The notes under the pieces were generated by a model, which was not told where the DNA came from, searched no databases, and worked only from the letters and a program-made list of their open reading frames with translations. Below, in pieces: positions 51,171 through 61,499 of a stretch of 64,000 nucleotides of DNA. Positions within the stretch are counted from its first letter, which is position 1, and every line of letters starts with the position of its first letter. The DNA comes from Actinomycetota bacterium (GTDB lineage Bacteria > Actinomycetota > Acidimicrobiia > Acidimicrobiales > Poriferisodalaceae): NCBI GenBank assembly GCA_039197885.1, contig JBCCTY010000001.1, positions 1,088 through 65,087 on the forward strand. The letters run 5' to 3'. The position numbers and the translations under genes were made by a program.

Positions 51171-54100
51171 GTGGCGCTTTCCGATGACTCCCTGCTCGGG
51201 CCGAACTCCTGGCTCGTCGACGAGATGTACGACCGCTGGAGGGAGAACCCCTCCTCGGTGAGCTCCGAGTGGCAGGAGCACTTCGCCAACGGGGGAGGGC
51301 CGGCGATCGACACCGAGCTCGCGAGCCCGCCGAGTCCCGCCCCGCCGCCGGCCGGCAACGGGTCCACCGGCAACGGGTCCACCGGCAACGGCGCAGCCGC
51401 CGCCCCGTCAGCCGCCCCCGCCCCCGCCCCCGCCCCGGCGCCGGCCGCCCCCGCCCCGGCAGCTCCCTCGCCGAAGCCCGCCGCCCCGTCAGCCGCCGCC
51501 GAGGAGCCCGAGGGCGAGCCACTCCGGGGTGCTGCCGCCCGGATCGTCGCCAACATGGAGGCCAGCCTCGAGGTCCCGACGGCGACGAGCTATCGCCAGA
51601 TCCCGAGCCGCCTGATCGAGGTGAACCGGGCGGTGATCAACAGCTACCTCGGGCGCATCCGGGGCGGGAAGGTCTCCTACACCCACCTGATCGGCTACGC
51701 GGTCATCCGGGCCATGGACGAGATCCCGGGCATGCGCCAGACCTACGTCGAGGGACCCGACGGCAAACCACGCGTCATCAAGCACGAGCACGTCGGACTC
51801 GGCATCGCCGTCGACGTCGAGAAGTCCGACGGCAGCCGATCGCTGCTGGTGCCCGCCATCAAGGAGGCGGGAGCGATGGACTTCAAGGGCTACTGGCAGG
51901 AGTACGAGTCGCTCATCCGCAAGGTCCGCGACAACAAGCTCTCGGTCGACGACTTCTCCGGCGCCACGCACAGCCTGACCAACGTGGGGACCATCGGCAC
52001 GCTCCAGTCGGTGCCGCGCCTGATGCCGGGCCAGGCCGCCATCATCGGCGTCGGGGCCATCGACTTCCCGGCCGAGTTCCGGGGGAGCGACCCCGTGAAG
52101 CTCGCCGAGTTCGGCATCTCCAAGGTCATCACGGTCTCGAACACCTACGACCACCGGGTGATCCAGGGCGCCGAGTCGGGCCTGTTCCTCAAGCGAGTCG
52201 AGGAGCTCCTGCTCGGGCAGGACGGCTTCTACGACGACCTCTTCGCCACGCTCGACGTGCCGTACGAGCCCGTGCGCTGGCGGCGTGACGTCAACCCGAT
52301 CGACCGCGAGGGCACGCTGCTCCAGAAGCAGATGCAGGTGCGCAAGATCATCCAGATGTACCGGGTCCGGGGCCACCTCATCGCCGACCTCGACCCGCTG
52401 CGGATGCGACCACCGTCGCTGCACGCCGAGCTCGATCCGGCCACCTACGGCCTCACGATCTGGGACAACGACCGGGAGTTCCTGACCGACGACCTCCCCG
52501 GCCCCGACCGGATGAAGTTCGGCGACATCCTCCACCTGCTGCGCGATGCCTACTGCCGGACGATCGGCGTGGAGTACATGCACATCTCGGATCCGAAGGA
52601 GAAGTCCTGGATCCAGCAGCGCGTCGAGGGGCCGCAGGCGGAGTTCACCTCCGACGAGGTGGTCCACATCATGCGTCGGCTCAACGCCGCCGACGCGTTC
52701 GAGAAGTTCCTCCACAAGCGCTACGTCGGCCACAAGCGGTTCGGCGTCGATGGAGGCGAGGCGGTCATCCCACTCGTCGACGCCATCCTCCAGGAGGCGG
52801 CCGACGACCGACAGGTCACGGCCTCGGTGATCGGCATGGCGCACCGAGGACGGCTGAACGTCCTGTCGAACATCATGAACAAGTCGCTGGGCCGGATGTT
52901 CCTGCAGTTCGAGGGGGGCGTCGACCCGAGCACCGTGCAGGGCTCCGGCGACGTGAAGTACCACCTCGGTCAGAAGAGCACCTTCACCAGCCAGGCCGGC
53001 AACGACCTCGACGTCGAGCTCGCGGCGAACCCGAGCCACCTCGAAGCGGTCGACCCGGTCGTGATCGGCATGGCCCGTGCCCGCGAGGACATCACGCCGC
53101 CTGCCGGGTCCTTCCCGGTGCTGCCCGTCCTGCTCCACGGCGACGCCGCCTTCGCCGGCCAGGGCGTGGTCGCCGAGACCCTCAACATCTCGAAGATCCC
53201 GGGCTACCGCGTGGGCGGCACCGTTCACGTCGTCATCAACAACCAGGTCGGCTACACGACGCCGCCGAGCCAGGCTCGCTCCTCGGAGTACGCCACCGAC
53301 GTCGCCAAGATGGTGCAGGCCCCGATCTTCCACGTGAACGGCAACGATCCCGAGGCGTGCGTGCGAGTGGCCCGCCTGGCCTACGACTACCGCCAGGAGT
53401 TCCACAAGGACGTCGTCATCGACATGCTCTGCTATCGGCGTCACGGGCACAACGAGGGCGACGATCCCAGCTACACCCAGCCGCTGATGTACCAGCGGAT
53501 CGACGAGATGAAGTCGGTCCGCGAGCTCTACGTCGAGGCGCTCATCGATCGCGGCGATCTCACGCCCGAGCAGGTCGCCGAGTTCGAGGCCGACTTCGAG
53601 AGCCGTCTCCAGGGCGCGCTCGACGAGACCCGTGCGAACGCACCCGACGAACCGCCGACGATCGCGGCGGGCCAACATCCGCCACCCCCGCCCGACGTCG
53701 AGACCGGCGTCGACCGCGCCGTGCTCGATCGGATCCATACGGCCTTGAACGACCTGCCGGAGGGCTTCACGCTCCACCCGAAGCTGGCCAAGCAGTTCGC
53801 GACGCGGACGAAGATGTTCGAGTCGGGCGAGGCCGACTTCGGGTTGGGTGAGACCTTCGCCTACGGCTCGTTGCTGCTGTCGGGCACACCGGTGCGCATC
53901 GCCGGGCAGGACTCGCGTCGGGGCACCTTCGCCCACCGCCACGCCGTCTACCGCGACTACCACACCGAGGACGAGTACTTCCCGCTGCAGTCGCTCTCGG
54001 ACGACCAGGCCACCTTCTGGATCTACGACTCGATGCTGTCGGAGTACGCCGCGCTCGGCTTCGAGTTCGGCTACTCGACCCAGCGTCCGGAGACCCTGGT

Positions 54101-54854
54101 GATCTGGGAGGCGCAGTTCGGCGACTTCGTCAACGGCGCGCAGATCATCATCGACCAGTTCATCGCGGCGTCCGAGGACAAGTGGGGCCAGCGGTCCGGG
54201 CTCGTGATGCTCCTGCCGCACGGCTACGAGGGTCAGGGCCCCGAGCACAGCTCGGGTCGTCTCGAGCGCTTCCTGATCCTGTGCGCCGAGAACAACATGT
54301 GCGTCGCCAACGTCACCACCGCGGCGCAGTTCTTCCACCTGCTCCGGCGTCAGATGGTGGGTGACCTCCAACGGCCGCTCGTCGTGTTCACGCCGAAGTC
54401 GCTGCTCCGCGCCAGGCAGGCCCGCTCACCGATCGAGGCGTTCACCAGCGGCAGCTTCCAGGAGACCATCGACGACCCCGAGGTCGCTGATCGCGACGCC
54501 GTGCGCTCGGTCGTGCTGTGCTCGGGCAAGATCGCCTACGAGGCGATGCAGCACCGCGACCAACGGGGTGCGCCGTCGGCGATCGTCCGGATCGAGCAGC
54601 TGTACCCGTGGCCCGAGGACGAGATCGACGCCATCATCCGCGGCTACCCCGGCGCGGAGGAGATCGTCTGGCTGCAGGAGGAGCCGGCCAACATGGGGGC
54701 CGCGAACTTCGTCGGCGCCCGGCTCTTCCGCACCTACGGCTCCGAGTACGGCGTGCGCACCGCCAGCCGCCCCGAGTCGGGGAGCCCGGCGTGCGGCAGC
54801 GCGGTGGTCCATGCCCAGGAAGCCGAGCGCCTCATGGCGGAGCTGTTCGCCTGA
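51171..54854 (+). CDS. kgd: multifunctional 2-oxoglutarate dehydrogenase/decarboxylase Kgd (E1o with E2o-like acyltransferase domain)
   Basis: N-terminus NSWLVDEMYDRWRENPSSVSSEWQEHF, an Ala/Pro linker, an acyltransferase core, then a ThDP E1 domain. The start is uncertain (51042-51171). Confidence 0.9.
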   Translation: MALSDDSLLGPNSWLVDEMYDRWRENPSSVSSEWQEHFANGGGPAIDTELASPPSPAPPPAGNGSTGNGSTGNGAAAAPSAAPAPAPAPAPAAPAPAAPSPKPAAPSAAAEEPEGEPLRGAAARIVANMEASLEVPTATSYRQIPSRLIEVNRAVINSYLGRIRGGKVSYTHLIGYAVIRAMDEIPGMRQTYVEGPDGKPRVIKHEHVGLGIAVDVEKSDGSRSLLVPAIKEAGAMDFKGYWQEYESLIRKVRDNKLSVDDFSGATHSLTNVGTIGTLQSVPRLMPGQAAIIGVGAIDFPAEFRGSDPVKLAEFGISKVITVSNTYDHRVIQGAESGLFLKRVEELLLGQDGFYDDLFATLDVPYEPVRWRRDVNPIDREGTLLQKQMQVRKIIQMYRVRGHLIADLDPLRMRPPSLHAELDPATYGLTIWDNDREFLTDDLPGPDRMKFGDILHLLRDAYCRTIGVEYMHISDPKEKSWIQQRVEGPQAEFTSDEVVHIMRRLNAADAFEKFLHKRYVGHKRFGVDGGEAVIPLVDAILQEAADDRQVTASVIGMAHRGRLNVLSNIMNKSLGRMFLQFEGGVDPSTVQGSGDVKYHLGQKSTFTSQAGNDLDVELAANPSHLEAVDPVVIGMARAREDITPPAGSFPVLPVLLHGDAAFAGQGVVAETLNISKIPGYRVGGTVHVVINNQVGYTTPPSQARSSEYATDVAKMVQAPIFHVNGNDPEACVRVARLAYDYRQEFHKDVVIDMLCYRRHGHNEGDDPSYTQPLMYQRIDEMKSVRELYVEALIDRGDLTPEQVAEFEADFESRLQGALDETRANAPDEPPTIAAGQHPPPPPDVETGVDRAVLDRIHTALNDLPEGFTLHPKLAKQFATRTKMFESGEADFGLGETFAYGSLLLSGTPVRIAGQDSRRGTFAHRHAVYRDYHTEDEYFPLQSLSDDQATFWIYDSMLSEYAALGFEFGYSTQRPETLVIWEAQFGDFVNGAQIIIDQFIAASEDKWGQRSGLVMLLPHGYEGQGPEHSSGRLERFLILCAENNMCVANVTTAAQFFHLLRRQMVGDLQRPLVVFTPKSLLRARQARSPIEAFTSGSFQETIDDPEVADRDAVRSVVLCSGKIAYEAMQHRDQRGAPSAIVRIEQLYPWPEDEIDAIIRGYPGAEEIVWLQEEPANMGAANFVGARLFRTYGSEYGVRTASRPESGSPACGSAVVHAQEAERLMAELFA

Positions 54855-54882
54855 TCGTCGGCGGTGCCGTCGGTCGACCCCG

Positions 54883-55533
54883 TCAGAGCTCGAGGCCGGT
54901 GATGTCGGCGAGCTCGGCGCGGGCGTCGTCGGGGTCGACCACCTTGATGGTCCGCATGCCCATGGCGCGCGCCGGCTTCAGGTTGATGCCGAGGTCGTCG
55001 AGGTAGACGACGTCCTCGGCCGCGCAACCGGCCGCCTCCAGCGCGAGCTCGTAGAACCGGCGCTCGGGCTTGCGCACGCCCACGATGCTCGATTCGACGA
55101 TCACGTGGAACAACCCCATCACCTCGTCGATGGCTGCGGCACGCTCTGCCGTCGTCGCCATGCCCGGTCCCTCGCCCGCGCGGACGTTGTTCGTGACGCA
55201 CACGCACCGCAGCTCCGCTCGGCACCGGCGCAGCGCCTCGACCATCTCCGGGCGGAGGTCACCGGAGAGGCAGTCGAGCACCCGTCGTCCGCTGACCTCG
55301 TGACCGAGCGCAGCGGCCTCCGCCTCGAACGCGACGACGAACTCGTCGACGGTCAGCTCGCTGCGCTCGAGACCGGCCCACGCGTTCGTGTCGGGGTCGG
55401 TCGCGTTGATCGTCCGGATGAGATCGACGGGCAGCCCGGCCTCGGTCTCGTAGCGACGGAAGGCCTCGAACGGGCTCGTCGTCACGACGCCTCCGAAGTC
55501 CCAGAACACGGTGGTGGGTCGCGGTCGCGTCAT
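54883..55533 (-). CDS. HAD-superfamily hydrolase
   Basis: Motif I FWDFGGVV, and C-terminal VYLDDLGINLKPA (motif IV context). Confidence 0.7.
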   Translation of the reverse strand: MTRPRPTTVFWDFGGVVTTSPFEAFRRYETEAGLPVDLIRTINATDPDTNAWAGLERSELTVDEFVVAFEAEAAALGHEVSGRRVLDCLSGDLRPEMVEALRRCRAELRCVCVTNNVRAGEGPGMATTAERAAAIDEVMGLFHVIVESSIVGVRKPERRFYELALEAAGCAAEDVVYLDDLGINLKPARAMGMRTIKVVDPDDARAELADITGLEL

Positions 55534-55636
55534 GGCGCGCAGGGTAGGTGGCGCGCTGGTCGCCGCCCCAGATGCAGCGGTGACTCGGTGGTATCCGTTG
55601 CACGCAACGCAGCACGTGGTTCACTTGACACCCGTC

Positions 55637-57244
55637 ATGGTCTCTCACGTCGTCGTCGACGGATCGAACCTCGCCACCGAGGGGCGCAAGGTCCCGAGCC
55701 TCGCCCAGCTGCGCGACGCCGTCGCCGAGTTCCGGGCCGAGTTCGCCCCCGAGCAGTGCACCGTGATCGTCGACGCCACCTTCCCCAACCGGATCGATCC
55801 GAGCGAGGCCGACGACTACCAGCGCGCCATCGACGAGAACGAGTTGCTGACCCCGCCAGCCGGAGCGGTCGGGCGCGGCGACGCCTTCGTGCTGCAGATC
55901 GCCGACAAGGCCGACGCAGTCGTCCTCTCGAACGACTCGTTCCAGGAGTTCCACGGTGAGTACCGCTGGCTCTTCGCCGACGAGCGCTTGATCGGTGGCA
56001 AGCCGGTACCCGGCGTCGGCTGGGTCTTCGTCGAGCGAACGCCGGTCCGTGGGCCCCGCAGCCGTCGCGCCGTGCGCGAGGCCAAGGAGAAGGGCGCCAA
56101 GCAGTCGGAGCCGACGAGCCGCGCGCCGGCCAGGAAGAAGAAGTCGTCGGCCAAGAAGGCAGCGGCAGAGCGATCGGCAGCTTCGACGGCCGGGAGCGAC
56201 GAGGGCGACCAGCCCCGCCGTCGTCGTCGGTCGCGTCGCAAGCAGGCCGCTCCCGAGGTCGAGGCCGAGTCGAGCCCAGCCGCGGAGGATGCGGTCGAGC
56301 CGGACGGCGCCGAGGCCGCCGACGACGGGGCCTCGTCGGGCTCGGGCACGCGTCGCCGACGCCGTCGCCGTCGGTCGACCACGCGCACCGACGGCGCGGC
56401 CGACGTCGACACCGACGCCAGCGGCACCGATGCCGAGGCCGACGCCAGCGGTGGCCGCTCGGGCGGCAGGCGCCGGAGCGCGAAGAGCGAGCCGCTCAAC
56501 GAGGTGTTGCCCTTCCTCGAGTTCGCCGGCGCGAACCCGCCGGGCGCCGAGGTCGACGGCGTGGTGGAGCGCTTCTCGTCGCACGGTGCCTACGTGCTGG
56601 TCGACGCGGTGCTCTGCTACATCCCGCTGAAGTCGATGGGCGACCCACCGCCGAACCGGGCCCGCGACCTGTTGACCAAGGGCGAGACGCAGCGGTTCGT
56701 CGTCGACAGCGTCGACGCCCCGAACCGCGGCGTCGACCTCGCTCTGCCCGGCTTCCGTCAATCCGACGACGGACCGGACGACCTTGATCTGGACGAGCCC
56801 GACGACGGTGACGTCGTCGACTCGTCCTCCTCGACCCCTGACACTGGGAGCACAGCAACGATGGCAGCAAAGAAGAAGGCGTCGGCCAAGAAGGCCGCCA
56901 CCAAGAAGAAGGCCGCCGCCAAGAAGGCGCCGGCGAAGAAGAAGGTGGCAGCGAAGAAGGCCCCGGCCAAGAAGAAGGTCGCGGCGAAGAAGAAGGTCGC
57001 CGCGAAGAAGGCGCCGGCGAAGAAGAAGGTGGCAGCGAAGAAGGCCCCGGCGAAGAAGAAGACCGCAGCGAAGAAGGCCACCTCGAAGAAGAAGGCCGCC
57101 ACCAAGCGGGCCCCGGCCAAGAAGAAGGCCCCGGCGAAGAAGAAGACCGCTGCGAAGAAGGCCCCGGCGAAGAAGAAGACCGCCGCCAAGAAGGCGCCGG
57201 CGAAGAAGAAGGCGGCAGCGAAAAAGCGCTCCGCTCGCCGCTGA
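55637..57244 (+). CDS. NYN/Zc3h12a-like RNase domain - S1-like domain - Lys/Ala/Pro histone-H1-like tail protein
   Basis: VVVDGSNLATEG...VLSNDSFQEF (NYN-like), EVDGVVERFSSHGAYVLVD (S1-like), and a ~125-aa AKKAPAKKK repeat tail. Confidence 0.65.
   Translation: MVSHVVVDGSNLATEGRKVPSLAQLRDAVAEFRAEFAPEQCTVIVDATFPNRIDPSEADDYQRAIDENELLTPPAGAVGRGDAFVLQIADKADAVVLSNDSFQEFHGEYRWLFADERLIGGKPVPGVGWVFVERTPVRGPRSRRAVREAKEKGAKQSEPTSRAPARKKKSSAKKAAAERSAASTAGSDEGDQPRRRRRSRRKQAAPEVEAESSPAAEDAVEPDGAEAADDGASSGSGTRRRRRRRRSTTRTDGAADVDTDASGTDAEADASGGRSGGRRRSAKSEPLNEVLPFLEFAGANPPGAEVDGVVERFSSHGAYVLVDAVLCYIPLKSMGDPPPNRARDLLTKGETQRFVVDSVDAPNRGVDLALPGFRQSDDGPDDLDLDEPDDGDVVDSSSSTPDTGSTATMAAKKKASAKKAATKKKAAAKKAPAKKKVAAKKAPAKKKVAAKKKVAAKKAPAKKKVAAKKAPAKKKTAAKKATSKKKAATKRAPAKKKAPAKKKTAAKKAPAKKKTAAKKAPAKKKAAAKKRSARR
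56861..57228 (+). repeat. coding low-complexity tandem repeat (A-K-K-A-P-A-K-K-K-x-A units)
   Basis: Read from the translation and from recurring gccaagaagaaggc/gcgaagaagaag strings. Confidence 0.8.
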
Positions 57245-57261
57245 GGTCTAACGTCTCCCGG

Positions 57262-58035
57262 GTGCGCATCGCGACCTGGAACGTGAACTCGCTGCAGGCT
57301 CGCCTCGAGCGGGTCGAGCACTGGTTGTCCAGTGCTCGGCCCGACGTGGTCTGCCTGCAGGAGACGAAGCTCGCCGACGACGCCGTGCCCGCCTTGGCCT
57401 TCCAGGCCCTCGGCTACGACTGCGTCCACCACGGAGAAGGCCGCTGGAACGGCGTCGCGATCCTGTCCAGGGTCGGCATCGACGACGTCGTGAGCGGCTT
57501 CGCCGAGGGCATCGAACCCGACACCGACGCGCGCCTCGTCACCGCGACCTGCGCTGGCGTGCGCGTCACGTCGGTCTACGTCCCCAACGGACGGTCGGTC
57601 GACGACGACCACTACCGCTACAAGCTCTCCTGGCTCGCGCGACTCCGCGAGCATCTCGATGCGACCTCGAGCCCGGACGACGACGTGGTCGTGCTGGGTG
57701 ACTGGAACGTCGCGCCGACCGACGACGACGTGTGGAGCCCCGAGCAGGTCCACGGCTCGACGCACATCACCGCGCCCGAGCGCGACGCCGTCGAGGCCCT
57801 GCGTGACTGGGGGCTCGTCGACGTGTTCCGCCGGCACCACCCCGAGACCGGGCTCTACTCGTGGTGGGACTACCGACGGGGTGACTTCCACCAGCGCAAG
57901 GGTCTGCGCATCGACTTCGCGCTCGCGTCGACGTCGGTGGTCGAGCGCACCGAGTTCGTCGTGATCGACCGCAACGCCCGGAAGGGCAAGCAGCCGTCCG
58001 ATCACGCGCCCGTCGTGCTCGATCTCGCCGCATGA
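57262..58035 (+). CDS. xthA: exodeoxyribonuclease III
   Basis: MRIATWNVNSL..., CLQETK, SDHAPV at the C-terminus. Confidence 0.9.
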   Translation: MRIATWNVNSLQARLERVEHWLSSARPDVVCLQETKLADDAVPALAFQALGYDCVHHGEGRWNGVAILSRVGIDDVVSGFAEGIEPDTDARLVTATCAGVRVTSVYVPNGRSVDDDHYRYKLSWLARLREHLDATSSPDDDVVVLGDWNVAPTDDDVWSPEQVHGSTHITAPERDAVEALRDWGLVDVFRRHHPETGLYSWWDYRRGDFHQRKGLRIDFALASTSVVERTEFVVIDRNARKGKQPSDHAPVVLDLAA

Positions 58036-58742
58036 GCATGTCGGCCGACGGGCACGGCCCGGACCCCGCGCACGTCGTGGCCGAGTGGGCCGAGAGCACC
58101 GATCGGCCGGGGACCGAACGCGATGTCGCGCTCCTCGCCGTGGCCGAGGCGACGCGCCGGCTGGTCCATCGACTCCACGCCACCGAGGCGCCGCTCGAGG
58201 TGCTCGACGGCCTCGCGACCGCGATCTCGGGCATGGCCCGGCTCGTCGAGGCCCACCCCCAGGGCCGGCTCTACGAGGGCTTCGCCGAGGCCTCCACAGC
58301 CGGCGCACCGACGGCCTTCTTCGAGTTCAGCCCCATCATCGGGCGGGCCAACCCGCTCGCTCCGCCGCTGGCCATGCGGGTCGACGACGACGTCGTCCAC
58401 TGCACGGGCAGCTTCGGGAACGCCTACGAGGGCCCGCCGGGCCACGTGCACGGCGGCTACATCGCCGCCGCCTTCGACGAGCTCCTCGGCATGGCCCAGA
58501 GCCTCACCGGCAACCCGGGCATGACCGGCACGTTGACGGTGCGCTACCGCACGCCGACACCGCTCCACACCGAGCTGCGGCTCGTGGGTGCCGTGGACCG
58601 AGTCGAGGGACGGAAGATCTTCACCTCCGGCCGCATGTACGCCGGTGACCGGCTCACGGCCGAGGCGGAGGGCGTCTTCGTGTCGATCGATCGGGCTCGC
58701 ATGGCGGCGCTGGCCGAGGAGCGGGCCGCCCTCGAGCCCTGA
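58032..58742 (+). CDS. PaaI/hotdog-fold thioesterase family protein
   Basis: HVHGGYIAAAFDELLG motif. ATGA overlap with xthA. Confidence 0.7.
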   Translation: MSMSADGHGPDPAHVVAEWAESTDRPGTERDVALLAVAEATRRLVHRLHATEAPLEVLDGLATAISGMARLVEAHPQGRLYEGFAEASTAGAPTAFFEFSPIIGRANPLAPPLAMRVDDDVVHCTGSFGNAYEGPPGHVHGGYIAAAFDELLGMAQSLTGNPGMTGTLTVRYRTPTPLHTELRLVGAVDRVEGRKIFTSGRMYAGDRLTAEAEGVFVSIDRARMAALAEERAALEP

Positions 58743-58754
58743 GGGTCGCGGTAC

Positions 58755-60440
58755 TCAGCCACACATGCCGAGCGCATCGGCGAGCGGGCCGCCGTAGCGG
58801 TCGAGCGAGGCGGCGCCCCAGCCGGTGCGGCGTCCGAGGTCGGCGACGTCGGACGGCGGGTCCTCGGCCAACGACCGCACGAGCGCGTCGTCGGCGATGA
58901 CCTCCGGCAGGCATCGGGCCTGCTCGGCGAGCTCGGCCCGCCAGGCGAGGACGGCGGCGTGACGCTGCCGGACGGCCGGCTGGTGGTGGGGGCCGAGCGC
59001 CGTCCGACATCGCTCGAGCTCGACGCGCCAGGGGGCGGGCGGTGTGGGTGTGGGCGCGGACCGGAGCTCGCTCACCCACGGGGACGGACCGGTCTCGACG
59101 GTGCTCGTCGCAGTGCGCCGGACCTCGGTCCACGACAGGTGCAGACGATCGATGGCACGCGTCATCGCGACGTAGAGCAACCGGCGCTCCTCGTCGAGCT
59201 CGTCCGGCGACGAGGCGTTGCGGTGGGGCACGCGTCCGTCCTCGACCCCGGCGAGCACCACCTCGGGCCACTCGAGCCCCTTCGCGGCGTGGAAGGTCGC
59301 GACCACGACCCCGTTGTCGTCGGAGCCCGGGACGGCGACGGGCACGCCGGCGGCCCCGCAGGCAGCGCGGAGCTCGTCGGCGTGGGCGCGGGTGCGTGTG
59401 AGCACGGCGAGGTCGCGGTGCTCGCGTCCAGCGGCACGGGCGGCCGTGAGGACGGCCACGATCCCCGTCCGTTCGTCGTCGCCATCCGCGAACTCGTGGA
59501 GGATCGGCTCGTCGCCGTCCCGGACGGTCCGTGGTGGCGTGCGTCCGAGCACCGAGGCAGCGGCCTCGACGACCGGCCGCGTGCAGCGGTAACTGGTCGT
59601 GAGCTCCACGGTCTCGAGACCGGGTACCTCCCGGTCGAGCCCGACCAGCACGCCGCGCTCGGCGCCGTTCCACCCGTAGATCGACTGGTCGGGGTCGCCC
59701 ACGACGGTGAGCGAGGTGTCGTCGTCGAGGAGCGTCTCGAGCACCTCGAGCTGACCCGGGTTGACGTCCTGGAACTCGTCGACGAAGAGCTCGCGGAATC
59801 GCCATCGCTGGGCTCGACCGAACTCGGGATCGTCGCGCAGGGCGGCGACCCAGGCGGCGAGGAGGTCGTCGAAGTCGAGCAGGCCGCGGCGGGTCTTCCA
59901 GTCGGCGTAGTCGCCCAGCAGCCGGGCGATCTCACCGGGATCGACCACGGTCGGACGTCGGGCGTCGCGAGCCGCCTCGGCGTAGTCGTCGGCCTGGACT
60001 CGTCGGGCGCCGGCCCAGGCCCACTCGGCGAGCACCGACGGTCGCACCGATCGGTCGAGCCCCGGTGCGACGTGGTCGAGCGCCTCGCCCGGATCGGTGA
60101 GGACCTTCGGCTCGGCACGGCGCTGGTCGACGGCACGCTGGCGGAGCTGGGTCATGGCGAGGCCGTGGAAGGTGCCGACCGACGCACCCTCGACGCCGAG
60201 CGCCGCCAGGCGGCGGCGCAGCTCCCCGGCGGCCCGCCGGGTGAAGGTGACGACGAGGACGCGGGACGGGCCGACCCCGCCGGCCACCCGCCACGCCACC
60301 CGGCGGGTCAGCACCCGGGTCTTGCCCGACCCGGGTGGGGCCAGGATGCGGAGTCGGGCCGCAGGGTGGGCGACCGCTGCCGTCTGGGCGTCGTCGAGGC
60401 CCGGACCGACCGGGGGAGCGGGTGCCGACGACATGCCCAC
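58755..60440 (-). CDS. UvrD/Rep-family ATP-dependent DNA helicase with C-terminal HRDC-like region
   Basis: Walker A APPGSGKT, VDEFQD and TFHAAKGLEW motifs. Confidence 0.85.
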   Translation of the reverse strand: MGMSSAPAPPVGPGLDDAQTAAVAHPAARLRILAPPGSGKTRVLTRRVAWRVAGGVGPSRVLVVTFTRRAAGELRRRLAALGVEGASVGTFHGLAMTQLRQRAVDQRRAEPKVLTDPGEALDHVAPGLDRSVRPSVLAEWAWAGARRVQADDYAEAARDARRPTVVDPGEIARLLGDYADWKTRRGLLDFDDLLAAWVAALRDDPEFGRAQRWRFRELFVDEFQDVNPGQLEVLETLLDDDTSLTVVGDPDQSIYGWNGAERGVLVGLDREVPGLETVELTTSYRCTRPVVEAAASVLGRTPPRTVRDGDEPILHEFADGDDERTGIVAVLTAARAAGREHRDLAVLTRTRAHADELRAACGAAGVPVAVPGSDDNGVVVATFHAAKGLEWPEVVLAGVEDGRVPHRNASSPDELDEERRLLYVAMTRAIDRLHLSWTEVRRTATSTVETGPSPWVSELRSAPTPTPPAPWRVELERCRTALGPHHQPAVRQRHAAVLAWRAELAEQARCLPEVIADDALVRSLAEDPPSDVADLGRRTGWGAASLDRYGGPLADALGMCG

Positions 60441-60504
60441 AACGTACCGACGGGGTGTGTCGCGCCGGGGGAGGCCACCGGCCCGAGCGGGGAACGTCGG
60501 GCGC

Positions 60505-60849
60505 TCAGGCCCAGCCGAGCTCGTCGAGGCGGTCGTCGTCGATGCCGAAGTGGTGGGCGACCTCGTGGATGACCGTGATGCGCACCTGCTCCACGATGTC
60601 GTCCTCGGTGGCGCAGAAGTCGAGGAGCGACGACCGGTAGATGCTGATCTTGTCGGGCAGCACGCCGTGGTAGCCGCCGTCGCGCTCGGTCAACGGGATC
60701 CCCTCGTAGAGGCCGAGGAGGCCGGGCTCGGGTGGGCGCTCCACGACGGTCACGACGACGTTGTCCATCCGCTCCCACAGCGCGTCGGGGATCTCGTCGA
60801 GCGCCCGCCCGACCAGCTCCTCGAAGCGCTCCCGCGAGACGTCCAGCAC
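60505..60849 (-). CDS. small zinc metallopeptidase family protein
   Basis: HEVAHHFG (HExxH) in a 114-aa protein. Confidence 0.7.
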   Translation of the reverse strand: MLDVSRERFEELVGRALDEIPDALWERMDNVVVTVVERPPEPGLLGLYEGIPLTERDGGYHGVLPDKISIYRSSLLDFCATEDDIVEQVRITVIHEVAHHFGIDDDRLDELGWA

Positions 60850-60884
60850 GCTGGCGAGCGTACGGCCTGACTACCATCCCCGCG

Positions 60885-61499
60885 ATGGGCTTCCCGGAGA
60901 GCAACCTCAACGAGGGCGAGGAGCTCGCGCTCGACCTCAAGCCGCACTGGTGGGTGTTCGCCCTCCCGGGCGCCTCGCTGGTGGGGTTGATCGCGCTGCT
61001 GCTCGTCGTGACCGCGACGACCGACGTCGCCGCGCTCCAGGTGGTCGTCGTCCTCGTGATCGTGGGCGTCCTCGGGTGGATCGCCGTGAGGTACTCCCAG
61101 TGGGTCACGACGGCCTTCGTGGTGACGAATCGCCGCCTGATCTACCGGAGCGGCGTCGTGACCAAGTCGGGCATCGAGATCCCGCTCGACCGGGTCAACA
61201 ACGTGATCTTCCGCCAGACCGTCTTCGAGCGGCTGCTCGGTGCCGGTGACCTCATGATCGAGTCGGCGGGCGAGAGCGGGCAGCAGCACTTCCACAACGT
61301 CCGCAAGCCGAACGCCGTGCAGAACGAGATCTATCGGCAGATGGAGGAGCTCGAGCGCGGCCGCATCACCCCGGTCGCTGCACCGGTCGAGGAGTCCATC
61401 CCCGACCAGATCGCCCAGCTCGCCCGCCTGCGCGACGAGGGCGTGCTCACCCAGGACGAGTTCGAGACCAAGAAGCGAGACCTCCTGGACCGGATGTGA
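60885..61499 (+). CDS. membrane bPH (YdbS/YdbT-like) domain protein with C-terminal SHOCT motif
   Basis: Two TM segments, VTNRRLIYRSG...IPLDRVNNV, and C-terminal LARLRDEGVLTQDEFETKKRDLL. Confidence 0.7.
   Translation: MGFPESNLNEGEELALDLKPHWWVFALPGASLVGLIALLLVVTATTDVAALQVVVVLVIVGVLGWIAVRYSQWVTTAFVVTNRRLIYRSGVVTKSGIEIPLDRVNNVIFRQTVFERLLGAGDLMIESAGESGQQHFHNVRKPNAVQNEIYRQMEELERGRITPVAAPVEESIPDQIAQLARLRDEGVLTQDEFETKKRDLLDRM

Noticed and set aside
51354-51480. 15-bp tandem repeat (GNGST x2.6) and (AP)n tract near the kgd 5' end as a non-coding repeat or att remnant
   Set aside because: It is in frame within the known Ala/Pro-rich inter-domain linker of Kgd-type enzymes, so it is ordinary low-complexity coding sequence.
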